From: a virus
Reading direction: 5' to 3' (one strand)
IMG/VR virus record: IMGVR_UViG_3300027804_003215
Span: 35,481 to 99,480 of that record
DNA length: 64,000 bases
Part shown: positions 48,101 to 57,752 of the stretch, piece by piece
Numbering within the stretch: the first letter of the stretch is position 1
Layout: the number at the start of each line of letters is the position of its first letter
The notes under the pieces: generated by a model
Database searches by the model: none
Seen by the model: only the letters and a program-made list of their open reading frames with translations
What the model was told of the DNA's origin: nothing
Made by a program: the position numbers and the translations under genes

Positions 48101-50273
48101 GTTTGGAAAAAACATGGGGTCTGATTCAAATTTAATAATAACTGCAAGTACAAAACTGAACATTCCAATTCAAAAATTGGAAACCACAACTATGACCGTT
48201 CAACCATTTACAGTTAATGGTCAGAACGAAATTTTTTACCCGTCCCACTTTTTCCGAGGAGGAATTAACGGTTCAACTACTGTCGGCACACAGTGGTCTG
48301 CATTTACCACATCACAAGTTGGATACTACTCATCCTTAGATGCATCACAAATTGTACGTACATATAACCCTAATCAACTTTACGGTTCCCCTTTTGCTCG
48401 TGGGTATTTACAAGTTGTAAATTTAGGTACTAACTTCCAAAATGCAATTATCTCCAGCCCTGCTACAGGTAATATATTCAACGGAACATTGAGTAACCGA
48501 ATTGCAAGTTATACTTTTGATGAACCCTCAGCTTTCTATGGTGCAACAGAAGATTTATCTGGAGGTGCTGCTTTTGTTGGTAAATGTGATGGGTATGAAC
48601 CTGATGAAGTTGGGATGTTCAACTTGACTTATACATATTACCCAACATTCAGCGCAACACCAATGAATATTCAAACAAACACAAGAAATGTGTTTAGAAC
48701 TGATAGACTCCCAAGTTCTGACCAATTGGATGGTTCAAGCTGGAAAGTTAATCCGTCTTTACTACAACAAAATTTGAATTTTGGAATATATTTAATCTCC
48801 GATGAGAGTGGGTCTGCGGAGAATATTGAAAACACTGTGGTAAGCACAGGGGCACAACAACCTACTGAAGATATTGCGGGTCAGTATGGTGAAACTAATG
48901 TATTCAGTACCTTCACCTGTGAAAACATGGTTAGTCTGTCTTGTTACGATGGAACGGGTACTGGTTTTACGGTAAATTTGAACTGTTCGGAATTAGACCA
49001 AGTGGAGAGAGGATGTTATACTTTTGTAAAAAGAAGAATACGAGATATAGGAAAAGACATTCGAAATTTTAATGAATGGGCATACAGATTTAGATTTTTT
49101 TATGGATTATGTAGAGGGGTTCTAAGTCAAACATTCACAAACAATTGGGTTAACGGTTCATTATTTATGTTCCCAATCCAAGTCGACATTACTTTCGATT
49201 CGAACAACAAAGCTCTCCCACCAAATTATCCCAATAAACTCACATATTTTGATTCAAATACAAATAATTTTTATTTCAGAAGTAGCCCTTGGTCAGGAAC
49301 AACAACTGTAGGTAGATTTATTGGAAGGCCGGCGGACATGAGTGCACCGCAGTTTTCATTGAATGATAGAAATCTTCTTTTTCCAACAACAATAATGAAT
49401 TTGGGAATGAAAGATTTCTTTTATGATGAAATAATTTTTGAACCCTCGACCAATGCTTACGTAATGAACAATTTGAGTAACACTAGTTATTCTGACACAT
49501 CTGATTTGGTCAATCTTTTTGTTATTTCAAGAATTCTTAACAAGACTTTTTTACAACAGATGTTGAATGCTAGAGACAATTCCGTAAATTCATTATTCAC
49601 AAGAAACGGTAGACCAACAAGCCCATTGTTCAACCCAAAAAGTAGATTGGATGCGGACTTAGCACAACTTTTTTCTATCAACTCGGAAATAGGATTAGTT
49701 CCTTTTAGTCCCGAATATTATCCGTTCTCAAATAATAATCCAAATAATGCTGTTTATGTTTATACTCAGGGACAGGATAATCCTACGATAGGTGTGTTTT
49801 ATTCTTCAACAACAGAAAATTTACAAACAAAAGATTTTCTTACACCAGGGTTAATCAATTTTAGATTTGACCCTAATGTTACCGCAGTAGTTTTCAATTA
49901 TGGAATAAAATCACAACAAGTTCCTTTCTATCAATGGCAATTAACTCAAGGGTCTGTTTCTCAAACTATTTTTGGTAGTGAATTTAATAATTGGGCGACT
50001 TCAATTTCTGATATTGTGAGTTCACCTTATCAATCATTGAACAGAAGAAACTTGACCACACCAAATTATTTTGTGCCATCTGATACAACACTGGATGTAA
50101 ATCAAAGAGGTTATATCTTCAATAAAAATTCTCAAGGACTTTACAGTGGATTGAAGTTTCCTGGTATGAAAGATAAGTTTATGGTTGGTGCTCCATTTCA
50201 TTTTTATTTCGGTGTAACAAAAGGAGCTTCTGCTTTAGATAAATTCAAACAAAAATATCTCCCGAATGAATAA
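45141..50273 (+). CDS. Large putative virion protein with an N-terminal carboxypeptidase-regulatory-like fold and an internal hydrophobic membrane segment
   Basis: YGVIVGRV.ANNG.GLPNARVSIF and TNDSGDYMI.GVP.G motifs; long hydrophobic helices encoded at about 46680-47060. Confidence 0.6.
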   Translation: MGQSYRIRTELGITKSINVELDQEFEFLEILSLKLNQTDIYLRACSEYGVIVGRVTANNGLGLPNARVSIFIPIEPIDESNPVISSIYPYKSPEDKNEDGYRYNLLPYEKSYSVHAATGTLPTRLDVLTGNTAFEIYEKYYKFTAKTNDSGDYMIMGVPLGEQTVVMDVDLSDIGEFSVTPQDLIRMGRATEAQVAGNRFRTSTDLNSLPQIVSLSKSVEISPLWGEPSICQIAINRVDFDLRDEANIDIQPTSVFMGSIYSTSDSMRVRPDFKLPFTNLTILGQRPKDNFGNLCSLETGTGQILAIRQTINLDISGNPILEQYQIEQNGNVIDENGSWLLELPMNLDYFITNEFGEKVISYDPTIGIPTKAKYRFKIKWTQAATLTDGVRRPYYLLPNVKEYGWTSPSNDPNLGFSTSARARLGSSYYFGLDWSGYTNGFSTQEASSRIDEIINCQDTFYQFEYNRVYTPSSLIDQFKFGGRSRFIGIKEIDDNSCADTVNKFPVNEGFRNFDLLYFIVSIILQIFQLISAPLIVAIHFILGLWDFLNETKGLLQAFLFTVAGLYLTLAIISFVQAGNLEFQAVIRPARVDINAVQNALEAFALKLQAAQALAQGWSYLASFGKTLAFAIAANLLGRLLQGKTVKVLTLPAITYPDCEGCPCTTRDEGSNNISVGYSILSYYSGNWNYGSLIYSNILEPSNVNPDDFDILEFMLSSVFAGNPSSQRGRTIDRLLEVQTYKTPQSFTAYFHNLRDNLRQGYIFTNYLPYGERFNLFNLRQKYFTNKNRIKVTFDFTGNTSFHLDNTLCISTQEKFETGQLLTFVNPVNSQDINYKYFGNQSSAFFGITGTPLNVGASTYVVKYADPNNPRAEMSSTYRLGYGSTNDIYKFASDVEYFQVVTAMTMAQASQYFPTSFPPETLPDVLTSKTRFILNTKETFGWGRPTVSPEYQVSSLYEDFDNQYLVILQRGVDPYSPKYNNKYDLNVLFGKNMGSDSNLIITASTKLNIPIQKLETTTMTVQPFTVNGQNEIFYPSHFFRGGINGSTTVGTQWSAFTTSQVGYYSSLDASQIVRTYNPNQLYGSPFARGYLQVVNLGTNFQNAIISSPATGNIFNGTLSNRIASYTFDEPSAFYGATEDLSGGAAFVGKCDGYEPDEVGMFNLTYTYYPTFSATPMNIQTNTRNVFRTDRLPSSDQLDGSSWKVNPSLLQQNLNFGIYLISDESGSAENIENTVVSTGAQQPTEDIAGQYGETNVFSTFTCENMVSLSCYDGTGTGFTVNLNCSELDQVERGCYTFVKRRIRDIGKDIRNFNEWAYRFRFFYGLCRGVLSQTFTNNWVNGSLFMFPIQVDITFDSNNKALPPNYPNKLTYFDSNTNNFYFRSSPWSGTTTVGRFIGRPADMSAPQFSLNDRNLLFPTTIMNLGMKDFFYDEIIFEPSTNAYVMNNLSNTSYSDTSDLVNLFVISRILNKTFLQQMLNARDNSVNSLFTRNGRPTSPLFNPKSRLDADLAQLFSINSEIGLVPFSPEYYPFSNNNPNNAVYVYTQGQDNPTIGVFYSSTTENLQTKDFLTPGLINFRFDPNVTAVVFNYGIKSQQVPFYQWQLTQGSVSQTIFGSEFNNWATSISDIVSSPYQSLNRRNLTTPNYFVPSDTTLDVNQRGYIFNKNSQGLYSGLKFPGMKDKFMVGAPFHFYFGVTKGASALDKFKQKYLPNE

Positions 50274-51948
50274 TTTCAAAATTATACCGAGCGAGATACA
50301 ATTTCCTGAGGCACCTACTGTAGACCAATCTATCCAAATTAGTTTCGAAGCTAAACAACAAGTCATAACGGAGTACGATAGAAGTTCTACGATTAGTTTG
50401 GAACAAGTTTATGATGATGAAAGACAGGCATGCACAATATATAGACCAACATTCAAAGTAATTTATCTATATGGGAACACAATAACAGGTTCTACTAATT
50501 ATGTACCTTTTCAATACAATCTTTATTACGTAAATGAAGTAGAGTCTGTCTCAAGTGGAATATGGAAAGGATTTCCGCAATATTATGAATTCGATTTTTT
50601 TAGACCGAATATTTCAGACCAGCACGTTGATTATTTTGCAAAAAGCGCTTACACCTACAATTGGTCTTATTACCTTACATATGCTAGTCAAAATGATGAA
50701 AATAAAGTTTTAAGTACTACACTATGTGCAATTAACACGTGGGTTGCTAAAGACGGAATACCATTTACGATAAACAATATACAATTCCAAGGAAATAATG
50801 TTATTCAATTTGTTTGTGTTTCTCCACACGGATTAACTCCTGGCGAATATGTAAAACTCTCATTCAAATATCGAAATAATGATTTGTTCGAAGTCTTCTC
50901 TTTGGGGAATGGACAAACAGGTTCTGAGTCACACATTTTTAATGTTTATAACTATGGATTTATAGGTACTACCTTTGACACAGGAAAAGTGGGTACATTC
51001 AAAAGAATGATTAACCCTGATAATCCTGTTGAAACACTATCAAAATATTACATAAGACAACATAAAGTAATAACAACACCAGACGACCTATTAATGACAA
51101 AAGCGGGATTTGAAAAAAACGTTTTTTTAGAAGAACAAAAATTAGAACTTAGTTCCCTTACTCCAAATAGAATTACAAGGATTTCAAAAAAAACGAGTAG
51201 TAATGCTTATAGTGTGAGTTCGGCATACGATATAAATTTTTCAGGTGTAACTGACAATCAAAAAAGACCCGTATCTGAATTGTTTTTATCAATAATTTTC
51301 AAAGGGTATTCGGGATACTTTTTTGACCCAACAAGGAACATAGGAATAAAACAAGGGTGGGAATTCAATATCACACCAAATCCAAACCAATGGTGGAACC
51401 AAAATAATGTAGACTCCGATACATCTATAGGATTGGAAAAATACACAAAAACACAGGGAACCACTCAATTTACTTTTGCATATAGTAAATCATTGAAAAT
51501 AGGAGACATCATAGATGGAGACTTTTGTGAATGGAATGATTATGAACAACAAGAAAGGGTGGTTTCAACTTATTATCAGAAAATTATTTTCAATAAAAAC
51601 AACTTTACCACTTTACCACAAAACTTCGGATATTATTACGCACCACATAATAAAATGACCTTGCGAAATTTTTCGGACTATGTAGAAACTGCCGATGTCG
51701 GTGAGGTGGACAATGTTCCGACATATTCTTTTTTCTCGCAAGTTGACCAACAATTCAGATGGAGAGACCTTTATTCATATGGTTTTATTGATTCTCTATT
51801 TATTGGAGTTGATTATCCATTTTTGAACAGCGCACACTATCCTTTTGAAAATATAGTATTCAGACTAATACCTGAAGGTGCTAATTATAATAGTACAATT
51901 CAGGGAATAAATTTCCCAATCAAGCCTTTAATAGATGAGTGTGAATAA
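50266..51948 (+). CDS. Putative baseplate/structural protein
   Basis: Overlap-coupled gene in the baseplate operon; aromatic, beta-rich sequence. Confidence 0.6.
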   Translation: MNNFKIIPSEIQFPEAPTVDQSIQISFEAKQQVITEYDRSSTISLEQVYDDERQACTIYRPTFKVIYLYGNTITGSTNYVPFQYNLYYVNEVESVSSGIWKGFPQYYEFDFFRPNISDQHVDYFAKSAYTYNWSYYLTYASQNDENKVLSTTLCAINTWVAKDGIPFTINNIQFQGNNVIQFVCVSPHGLTPGEYVKLSFKYRNNDLFEVFSLGNGQTGSESHIFNVYNYGFIGTTFDTGKVGTFKRMINPDNPVETLSKYYIRQHKVITTPDDLLMTKAGFEKNVFLEEQKLELSSLTPNRITRISKKTSSNAYSVSSAYDINFSGVTDNQKRPVSELFLSIIFKGYSGYFFDPTRNIGIKQGWEFNITPNPNQWWNQNNVDSDTSIGLEKYTKTQGTTQFTFAYSKSLKIGDIIDGDFCEWNDYEQQERVVSTYYQKIIFNKNNFTTLPQNFGYYYAPHNKMTLRNFSDYVETADVGEVDNVPTYSFFSQVDQQFRWRDLYSYGFIDSLFIGVDYPFLNSAHYPFENIVFRLIPEGANYNSTIQGINFPIKPLIDECE

Positions 51949-52741
51949 GTTTACAATAGAAAGGACACAGGGTGTGGACAAGACTATTAATGTTCCTATT
52001 GAATTATCATGGGATTATGATGGTATTGACCAAAGTATCGACTTGTATGAAGAAGACATAATAACACAAGTTATTGGTGTTGGAAGAGATTTCGAGGTCA
52101 GTAGATTTACAAACGAACCATACACCTCAACGACCTACAACAACCGTACTGAAGTCAATTATGAATTTTATTTTCACTCAGGTACATCGGTGACCAATAT
52201 AAACAATTGGTCAATCAATTATTTAACAGAGGGTTTTTCCGCTCAAGACGTCTTTTATTATAATAGAAATTTTTCGAACTCTTTCTTCAAATTAGATTTT
52301 TATGACTCTCCTGATGAAAAACAACAAATAAATTATTTGACAACAATTATCCCAACTCAACAAGGTCTCAAAATACCTGTTCAAATGCAAAGACAGGTTG
52401 TTCAAATCAACAGACCAAAGTTTGTTTTGGATTATGTTGGAGATAAAGAGGGGTTTTTTATCTATTGGTTGAAAAAAAGAAACTTTTTGGATATCACGAA
52501 GTTTTATATGACCGCAAAATTTTATAATGCAGAAATAGGTGCATTCGTAAGGATGATGAATCAACCACAATCTTCACTCCCGAATACCGAATATACATTC
52601 AATACTCTGACAAACTTCTATTACATACTAAATTTAGATTACCCCAAACAAACTTATACAATTACCACTACAACTGGTGTTAGACTTGGTGACCCGGCAA
52701 ATCCGATAAAATGGTATGAATATGTTAATCCACCAAGATGA
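51935..52741 (+). CDS. Putative baseplate/structural protein
   Basis: Coupled ORF; NSFFKLDFYDS motif. Confidence 0.6.
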   Translation: MSVNKFTIERTQGVDKTINVPIELSWDYDGIDQSIDLYEEDIITQVIGVGRDFEVSRFTNEPYTSTTYNNRTEVNYEFYFHSGTSVTNINNWSINYLTEGFSAQDVFYYNRNFSNSFFKLDFYDSPDEKQQINYLTTIIPTQQGLKIPVQMQRQVVQINRPKFVLDYVGDKEGFFIYWLKKRNFLDITKFYMTAKFYNAEIGAFVRMMNQPQSSLPNTEYTFNTLTNFYYILNLDYPKQTYTITTTTGVRLGDPANPIKWYEYVNPPR

Positions 52742-53832
52742 ATAATAATTTTTACAATATTATTATTTCACCCGAAACCATTCTCGGAGACCTATCAAAA
52801 GTAAATTATAGAGGGAACGAGTTTGGTGTTTATTCTGCCATGACTCAAGTCCTTAGTGGTAGTACAGGAGGAACGTCTACATTGACTGGACTAACGGTTC
52901 CCATTCTTCTGACCCAAACTGCAATAGATGCTGGTTATTACGACCCGTTCGATGGTGCGGTTTTACAAAAAGATGTGGTTGCCAATTTTTTATTTTCAGC
53001 AACAACTGGTTCACCTTACACTTATTACGTTTATAACACCTCAAACGACTTTGCCAAATTTTTAGATTTATCTGTTTATACTATTACATGGGGAGACAAT
53101 TCACCAATACAAATTGTGAACAATTTTTCTCCGAACTTTATTTCTCACACTTATCCATCGGGGTCCAATCAATATACTATAACCTTAAGACAGGATAACC
53201 CTTGGGGAACAACACTTGTAGAAAAGAAAATTGTAACACCTTTTACAAACATTGTTGCTCCTAATCCAAATGGAACCGCATTTTTTATACCGAGAGGGGG
53301 GAATTGGTCTGGTACACCGATAAGTTACAATTATATTTTTTCGGGTGATGCAGTAAATCAAGTATCGGCACAGACAAGTAACAGATATACTACAGTCCCT
53401 TATACTGTTTCAGGTGAGACAAAATCAAGATTGAACGAGCTTCAACTTTATGGTCCGAACAAATTTCAACTTTTTACACCTGTTATTCAAAATGCTCAAG
53501 TTTGGGGAAATATATTTGTTACCGCTTCTACCTACACAGGATATACAGTTCAAGGTATTGATTACTATGATTACATAGATGGTACAACTGTGTTTTTTGG
53601 AAAGTCTTCAGGTTTCACAGACCAAAACCTAACGGCTGTTCCAATAACAAAAAACGAAACATTAATTAAGGTTATGGACCAACCACAGATACAGACAGAT
53701 GTTTTTGTGGAAAGAGGTAAAAACAGTGCCTATGAGAGAGTTCAGAGGTTGGGAGAAGTGGACAACTTGGGTGATATGATAAATTATGGATACGGGTTCT
53801 TTAATGTTGAAAATAAAACAAACGGAGTTTGA
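52738..53832 (+). CDS. Putative structural protein with a PKD-like segment
   Basis: ITWGDNSP...SHTYP..YTITL pattern; ten [ST][GA]xT motifs. Confidence 0.6.
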   Translation: MNNNFYNIIISPETILGDLSKVNYRGNEFGVYSAMTQVLSGSTGGTSTLTGLTVPILLTQTAIDAGYYDPFDGAVLQKDVVANFLFSATTGSPYTYYVYNTSNDFAKFLDLSVYTITWGDNSPIQIVNNFSPNFISHTYPSGSNQYTITLRQDNPWGTTLVEKKIVTPFTNIVAPNPNGTAFFIPRGGNWSGTPISYNYIFSGDAVNQVSAQTSNRYTTVPYTVSGETKSRLNELQLYGPNKFQLFTPVIQNAQVWGNIFVTASTYTGYTVQGIDYYDYIDGTTVFFGKSSGFTDQNLTAVPITKNETLIKVMDQPQIQTDVFVERGKNSAYERVQRLGEVDNLGDMINYGYGFFNVENKTNGV

Positions 53833-53868
53833 AAAAACTAAATTAACTATTTATAAAAAAACTATAAA

Positions 53869-54777
53869 ATGGCTATAGGTTCATACGGTACAATTAGACC
53901 AAGTGATGTTTCCCCACAGGATGTGGAGATACTGATGGTTTATACGCCATCAAGAGATGTCACTAATGATTTTGTATTAACACGATTGGATGCTCCAACA
54001 ATTCTCAGACCTTATTTCAATAATACTGAGACTGGTGGAAATAATGGTGTAGAAGTTTTGGGAGGACTATATAATCTAACACTTCCCGCAGGTCAGTTCA
54101 ACAATTTAGGATTTTACACTTTGTATATTAGACCTGCACAGATTAGAACAGTAATCACAGATTGTGGTGTATTGAGTGCACTGCCCAACGTAAAAGGGAT
54201 TGTTATAGATTTGTCAAACGTACCTACACAATATCAAAACAATTTTGTTCAACAAGGACTTGTTGGATTTAGAGTTGAATATTTGAATCCTGATGGTTCA
54301 AAAATTCCGAATTTCTTCAGAGTTGTGACCTCTTCATTTTTTTGTGAACCTGTGGTTACAAATGAGGTTAATACAACACAAAAGGCAATAAGGTACAGAT
54401 ATGTTCAAGGAACATCAAATTTGCTTTTCTTAACCTTATCACCATCTTCATCTCCAACCAATAACCCAAATGCCACACCTTACATTGGACAACCTGACCA
54501 AGATATTATCATTTCAAATACATTTTTTAATCCAGTAACATTGGAAATTGAGATGGTTGAATATGACGTATCGAGCTTGGCAATTGCTCTTTATGGTAAT
54601 CAGACCAAGTCTATTGATGATGGAATTTACACTATCTATGATGCTGAAAATAACATCTACAGACAATACAACTTGTATGAAATTAGAGACCAATTCAACG
54701 CTCTTCTTTATGAGGTTAGACAAAGTAGAGGTACAAATATTGATTTCAGTAAGAACTTTGCTTCAATAACAAGTTAA
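53869..54777 (+). CDS. Putative structural protein
   Basis: Own TATTTAT at 53848; beta-rich; TAATG-coupled to the next gene. Confidence 0.6.
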   Translation: MAIGSYGTIRPSDVSPQDVEILMVYTPSRDVTNDFVLTRLDAPTILRPYFNNTETGGNNGVEVLGGLYNLTLPAGQFNNLGFYTLYIRPAQIRTVITDCGVLSALPNVKGIVIDLSNVPTQYQNNFVQQGLVGFRVEYLNPDGSKIPNFFRVVTSSFFCEPVVTNEVNTTQKAIRYRYVQGTSNLLFLTLSPSSSPTNNPNATPYIGQPDQDIIISNTFFNPVTLEIEMVEYDVSSLAIALYGNQTKSIDDGIYTIYDAENNIYRQYNLYEIRDQFNALLYEVRQSRGTNIDFSKNFASITS

Positions 54778-57752
54778 TGGCGACAAGTAGAACAAAATAT
54801 TTTTATCCCCCAAGACCTGGAAATGGTGCTGGGACCTTCTCTGACAATATAGTTGGTCTGCAAACTGTCAATGCGGGTGGTTTGACCTTAGGAACCTTTG
54901 ATTTCACAAGTAATGTGACAGAGAAGGTGAACCGCAAGTTTAATGTCGGTGCTTTTTCTGAATTGATTTCATTAGAAGACTTAAATATTGAGGATATATT
55001 TGAGTCGAGAAGGATACAAGCAACAAACTTTAGAGTTTATCCTAACTACGATGTCTCACAAGTTCTCAATTTTTCTCTTTATGGTTCTTTGGCAAAGAGA
55101 TTTGAAGTTTCTGTTACTAAAATCATCAATTATTTCCCAGCGGCACTAGAAGTTGTTGTTACGAACTTAGAGTTGGTAACAGGTGCAACTGCGATTAACA
55201 TCTCGTACGACCAAATTGAAGATGAAACTTTCTTCGAAGTCAATCTTGATAGGTTAATCAATCCTTTTGATATAGATTATTCTGTAAGTGCCACAACAAA
55301 TATTGAAGCGAGGGAGATTGTTCAATCATATCTCAGAAATTTGACGAATTCGTATTTGGATTATTGTATTGATATCAATGATGACATTTATCAAGTATCA
55401 TCATTTATACCTTCAGATACATTAAGCTCAGGGATATTGGGTTTTTACGTTTCAGGTGCACCATTTGGAACAACCGCGACGACACTAACTCAAAATTTTT
55501 TGATTAGACCAAATGATTACATCGTTGATAAAGTTTTCACAGAAAATTTCGATGAAGTTGAAAAGTTTTTGACAAATAGATTAGTTGTTCCACCTTACAC
55601 AGCCTTTTTCCAAGTACCACAACAAAATGTAGATGGTCAATTTTATACCGAATACAAACAAGTAACTTGGCCAAAAAACGGAAGTTGGAATTTGCTCATC
55701 AGAGGAATTGAGTTTGATAACTATTTGACCGAACTACAATCGATTGCGGAAAATTTGGACTCTTACAAAACCAATTTGGTTTCAAGGTTTCTCGTTTCAG
55801 ATTCTTTGAAAGAATTTGATACGTTAAGTAGAAAGGCTGAAAAGATATTTCAAATTTACGGTAGAAGTTTCGACCAAATCAAACAATTTGCAGATGCTCT
55901 GGCATTTATGAACTCTGTGAATTACAATCCAGGTAATGATATCCCTTCACAACTTTTGGTTAACTTATCACAAACCTTAGGTTGGAGTTCAAACTTCTCT
56001 CCGATTACAGATGAGGACTTTTTGGATTCTATTTTTGGAACAACACCGAATCCAACTTATCCAGGATATGCCCGTTCTCTCACCCCAACAGAAATTAATT
56101 ATGCTTTTTATAGAAATTTGATTTTGAACTCCGCATATCTTTTCAAATCCAAAGGAACAAGAAGGTCAATTGAATTTCTTTTAGGTTTAATCGGTGCACC
56201 ACAATCTCTGATTGAATATAATGAACACATTTATCTTGCGGACCAAAGAATTAATATAGAAAGTTTCAATGCTCAATACGCACAAATTTCAGGTGGAACT
56301 TATGCAGTTGATACCCCCACTTATCTACCTGGAGCAACTTATAAAATCAAAGGTCAATTATTTTCAGCCTTTACCTCTTCATCAAGTTATGAACTGGTTT
56401 TTACCACACCACAAGATTACCCGATAGATGCGGAAGGGTATCCAAAAGCACCTGTAGATACTGAAACTTATTTCTTTGAAATAGGTGCGGGTTGGTATGA
56501 GGTAACACCTGACCATAGAAGTCCTGATGATGTTGTTGTAACAGGAGATGTATTCACGGGACAAAACTTTGATATACAAACTCAGCTTCAGCCTTTCACC
56601 TATGGACAAAAATACTTTGATAGGTTCAGAAATTTTCCATATATGGATTTGGGATACACGTTGAGGTATGTCGTGGATAACAATAAATCTTGGCTTGCTG
56701 ATGATGACAAGATAAGGGTCTCAAGAAATGCAGATTACAATGCCTACTACTTCACACAGAACGAAAAATTAGTATTGAATGCCAAGAATATTGATTTGTT
56801 TTTAAATCCCGCTCAAGGACTTTTATATGATGTGTGGGTTCAATCAAGAAAACATGATTTTCCAATTCCTGAGTCAGGATTAACAATTGGTTATCCTGTC
56901 CCTGGTGGTGTTGATTCAACCTTTATAAATCCCGAGCCGAAGAAAAAAACATTTTTTGAATTCTCTCAGACTTTTTGGGAGAATATGATTAATGTAAGGA
57001 ACAGACAATTTATTACTGACGGAAAAACAGGAGGATATCCAACTCTTCAATCAATTTGGTGGAAGTATATTCAACAATATCAGTTGGACGGTACCGTTAA
57101 CAATCAATATACCTATCAAAAGTTAATTGATTACCTCAATGGAATAGGCCCTTATTGGATGAAGTTGGTAGAACAAATGATTCCTGCCACCACAATTTGG
57201 AACGGTGGTAATAAATTTGAAAATTCAATTTTACATAGACAAAAATTTGTTTACAGAAGACAAAGGGGTTGTGAATTGGTTCCAGTTGTGAAACCTGACT
57301 GCGAGGCTACGTCAGGTATCTTAGGGGGTACAAGTTCAAATCAATATTGGTCGATTTATATTTATCCTTGGCTTAATGGAAATCCAACTGTGTCGGATTT
57401 TAATGGTGTAATGCTTTCTGCTTTGAATACATTCCTAGCATCAAGAGGATTGAACTTGAACAATTGTGTAATAGATACCCTTCAGACCGAGTGGTATGTT
57501 GATTTAAGAATTGGTTCAACTATTTTGGTTCAAGAGATGTTTTTTCAAGGATTAGGTTCAACAGGTTACCCAAGCAATCAACAGTGGATAGATGCCTTAA
57601 ATCAATACCTTCCTGAACTTTATACTCAGGGGTATAATTTTGTGGTAAGTGGAAATCAACTAACAATTACAAATTTGACCTCATCACCATTATACAACGG
57701 ACAACAACTAACATTGAACGTTGGAATAAACTTTAATATCAACTGTAATTAA
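54777..57752 (+). CDS. Baseplate wedge protein (gp7/tail protein I-like core)
   Basis: IPSQLL..L.Q.LGW and YLFKSKGTRRSIEFLL.LIG motifs. Confidence 0.6.
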   Translation: MATSRTKYFYPPRPGNGAGTFSDNIVGLQTVNAGGLTLGTFDFTSNVTEKVNRKFNVGAFSELISLEDLNIEDIFESRRIQATNFRVYPNYDVSQVLNFSLYGSLAKRFEVSVTKIINYFPAALEVVVTNLELVTGATAINISYDQIEDETFFEVNLDRLINPFDIDYSVSATTNIEAREIVQSYLRNLTNSYLDYCIDINDDIYQVSSFIPSDTLSSGILGFYVSGAPFGTTATTLTQNFLIRPNDYIVDKVFTENFDEVEKFLTNRLVVPPYTAFFQVPQQNVDGQFYTEYKQVTWPKNGSWNLLIRGIEFDNYLTELQSIAENLDSYKTNLVSRFLVSDSLKEFDTLSRKAEKIFQIYGRSFDQIKQFADALAFMNSVNYNPGNDIPSQLLVNLSQTLGWSSNFSPITDEDFLDSIFGTTPNPTYPGYARSLTPTEINYAFYRNLILNSAYLFKSKGTRRSIEFLLGLIGAPQSLIEYNEHIYLADQRINIESFNAQYAQISGGTYAVDTPTYLPGATYKIKGQLFSAFTSSSSYELVFTTPQDYPIDAEGYPKAPVDTETYFFEIGAGWYEVTPDHRSPDDVVVTGDVFTGQNFDIQTQLQPFTYGQKYFDRFRNFPYMDLGYTLRYVVDNNKSWLADDDKIRVSRNADYNAYYFTQNEKLVLNAKNIDLFLNPAQGLLYDVWVQSRKHDFPIPESGLTIGYPVPGGVDSTFINPEPKKKTFFEFSQTFWENMINVRNRQFITDGKTGGYPTLQSIWWKYIQQYQLDGTVNNQYTYQKLIDYLNGIGPYWMKLVEQMIPATTIWNGGNKFENSILHRQKFVYRRQRGCELVPVVKPDCEATSGILGGTSSNQYWSIYIYPWLNGNPTVSDFNGVMLSALNTFLASRGLNLNNCVIDTLQTEWYVDLRIGSTILVQEMFFQGLGSTGYPSNQQWIDALNQYLPELYTQGYNFVVSGNQLTITNLTSSPLYNGQQLTLNVGINFNINCN

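Noticed and set aside
64-56609. Numerous 60-170 aa ORFs nested in or antisense to long genes (e.g. 64-573, 5354-5710, 20017-20337, 29356-29706, 34056-34502)
   Set aside because: They are fully overlapped by well-supported genes and have no recognisable motifs or upstream promoter motif.
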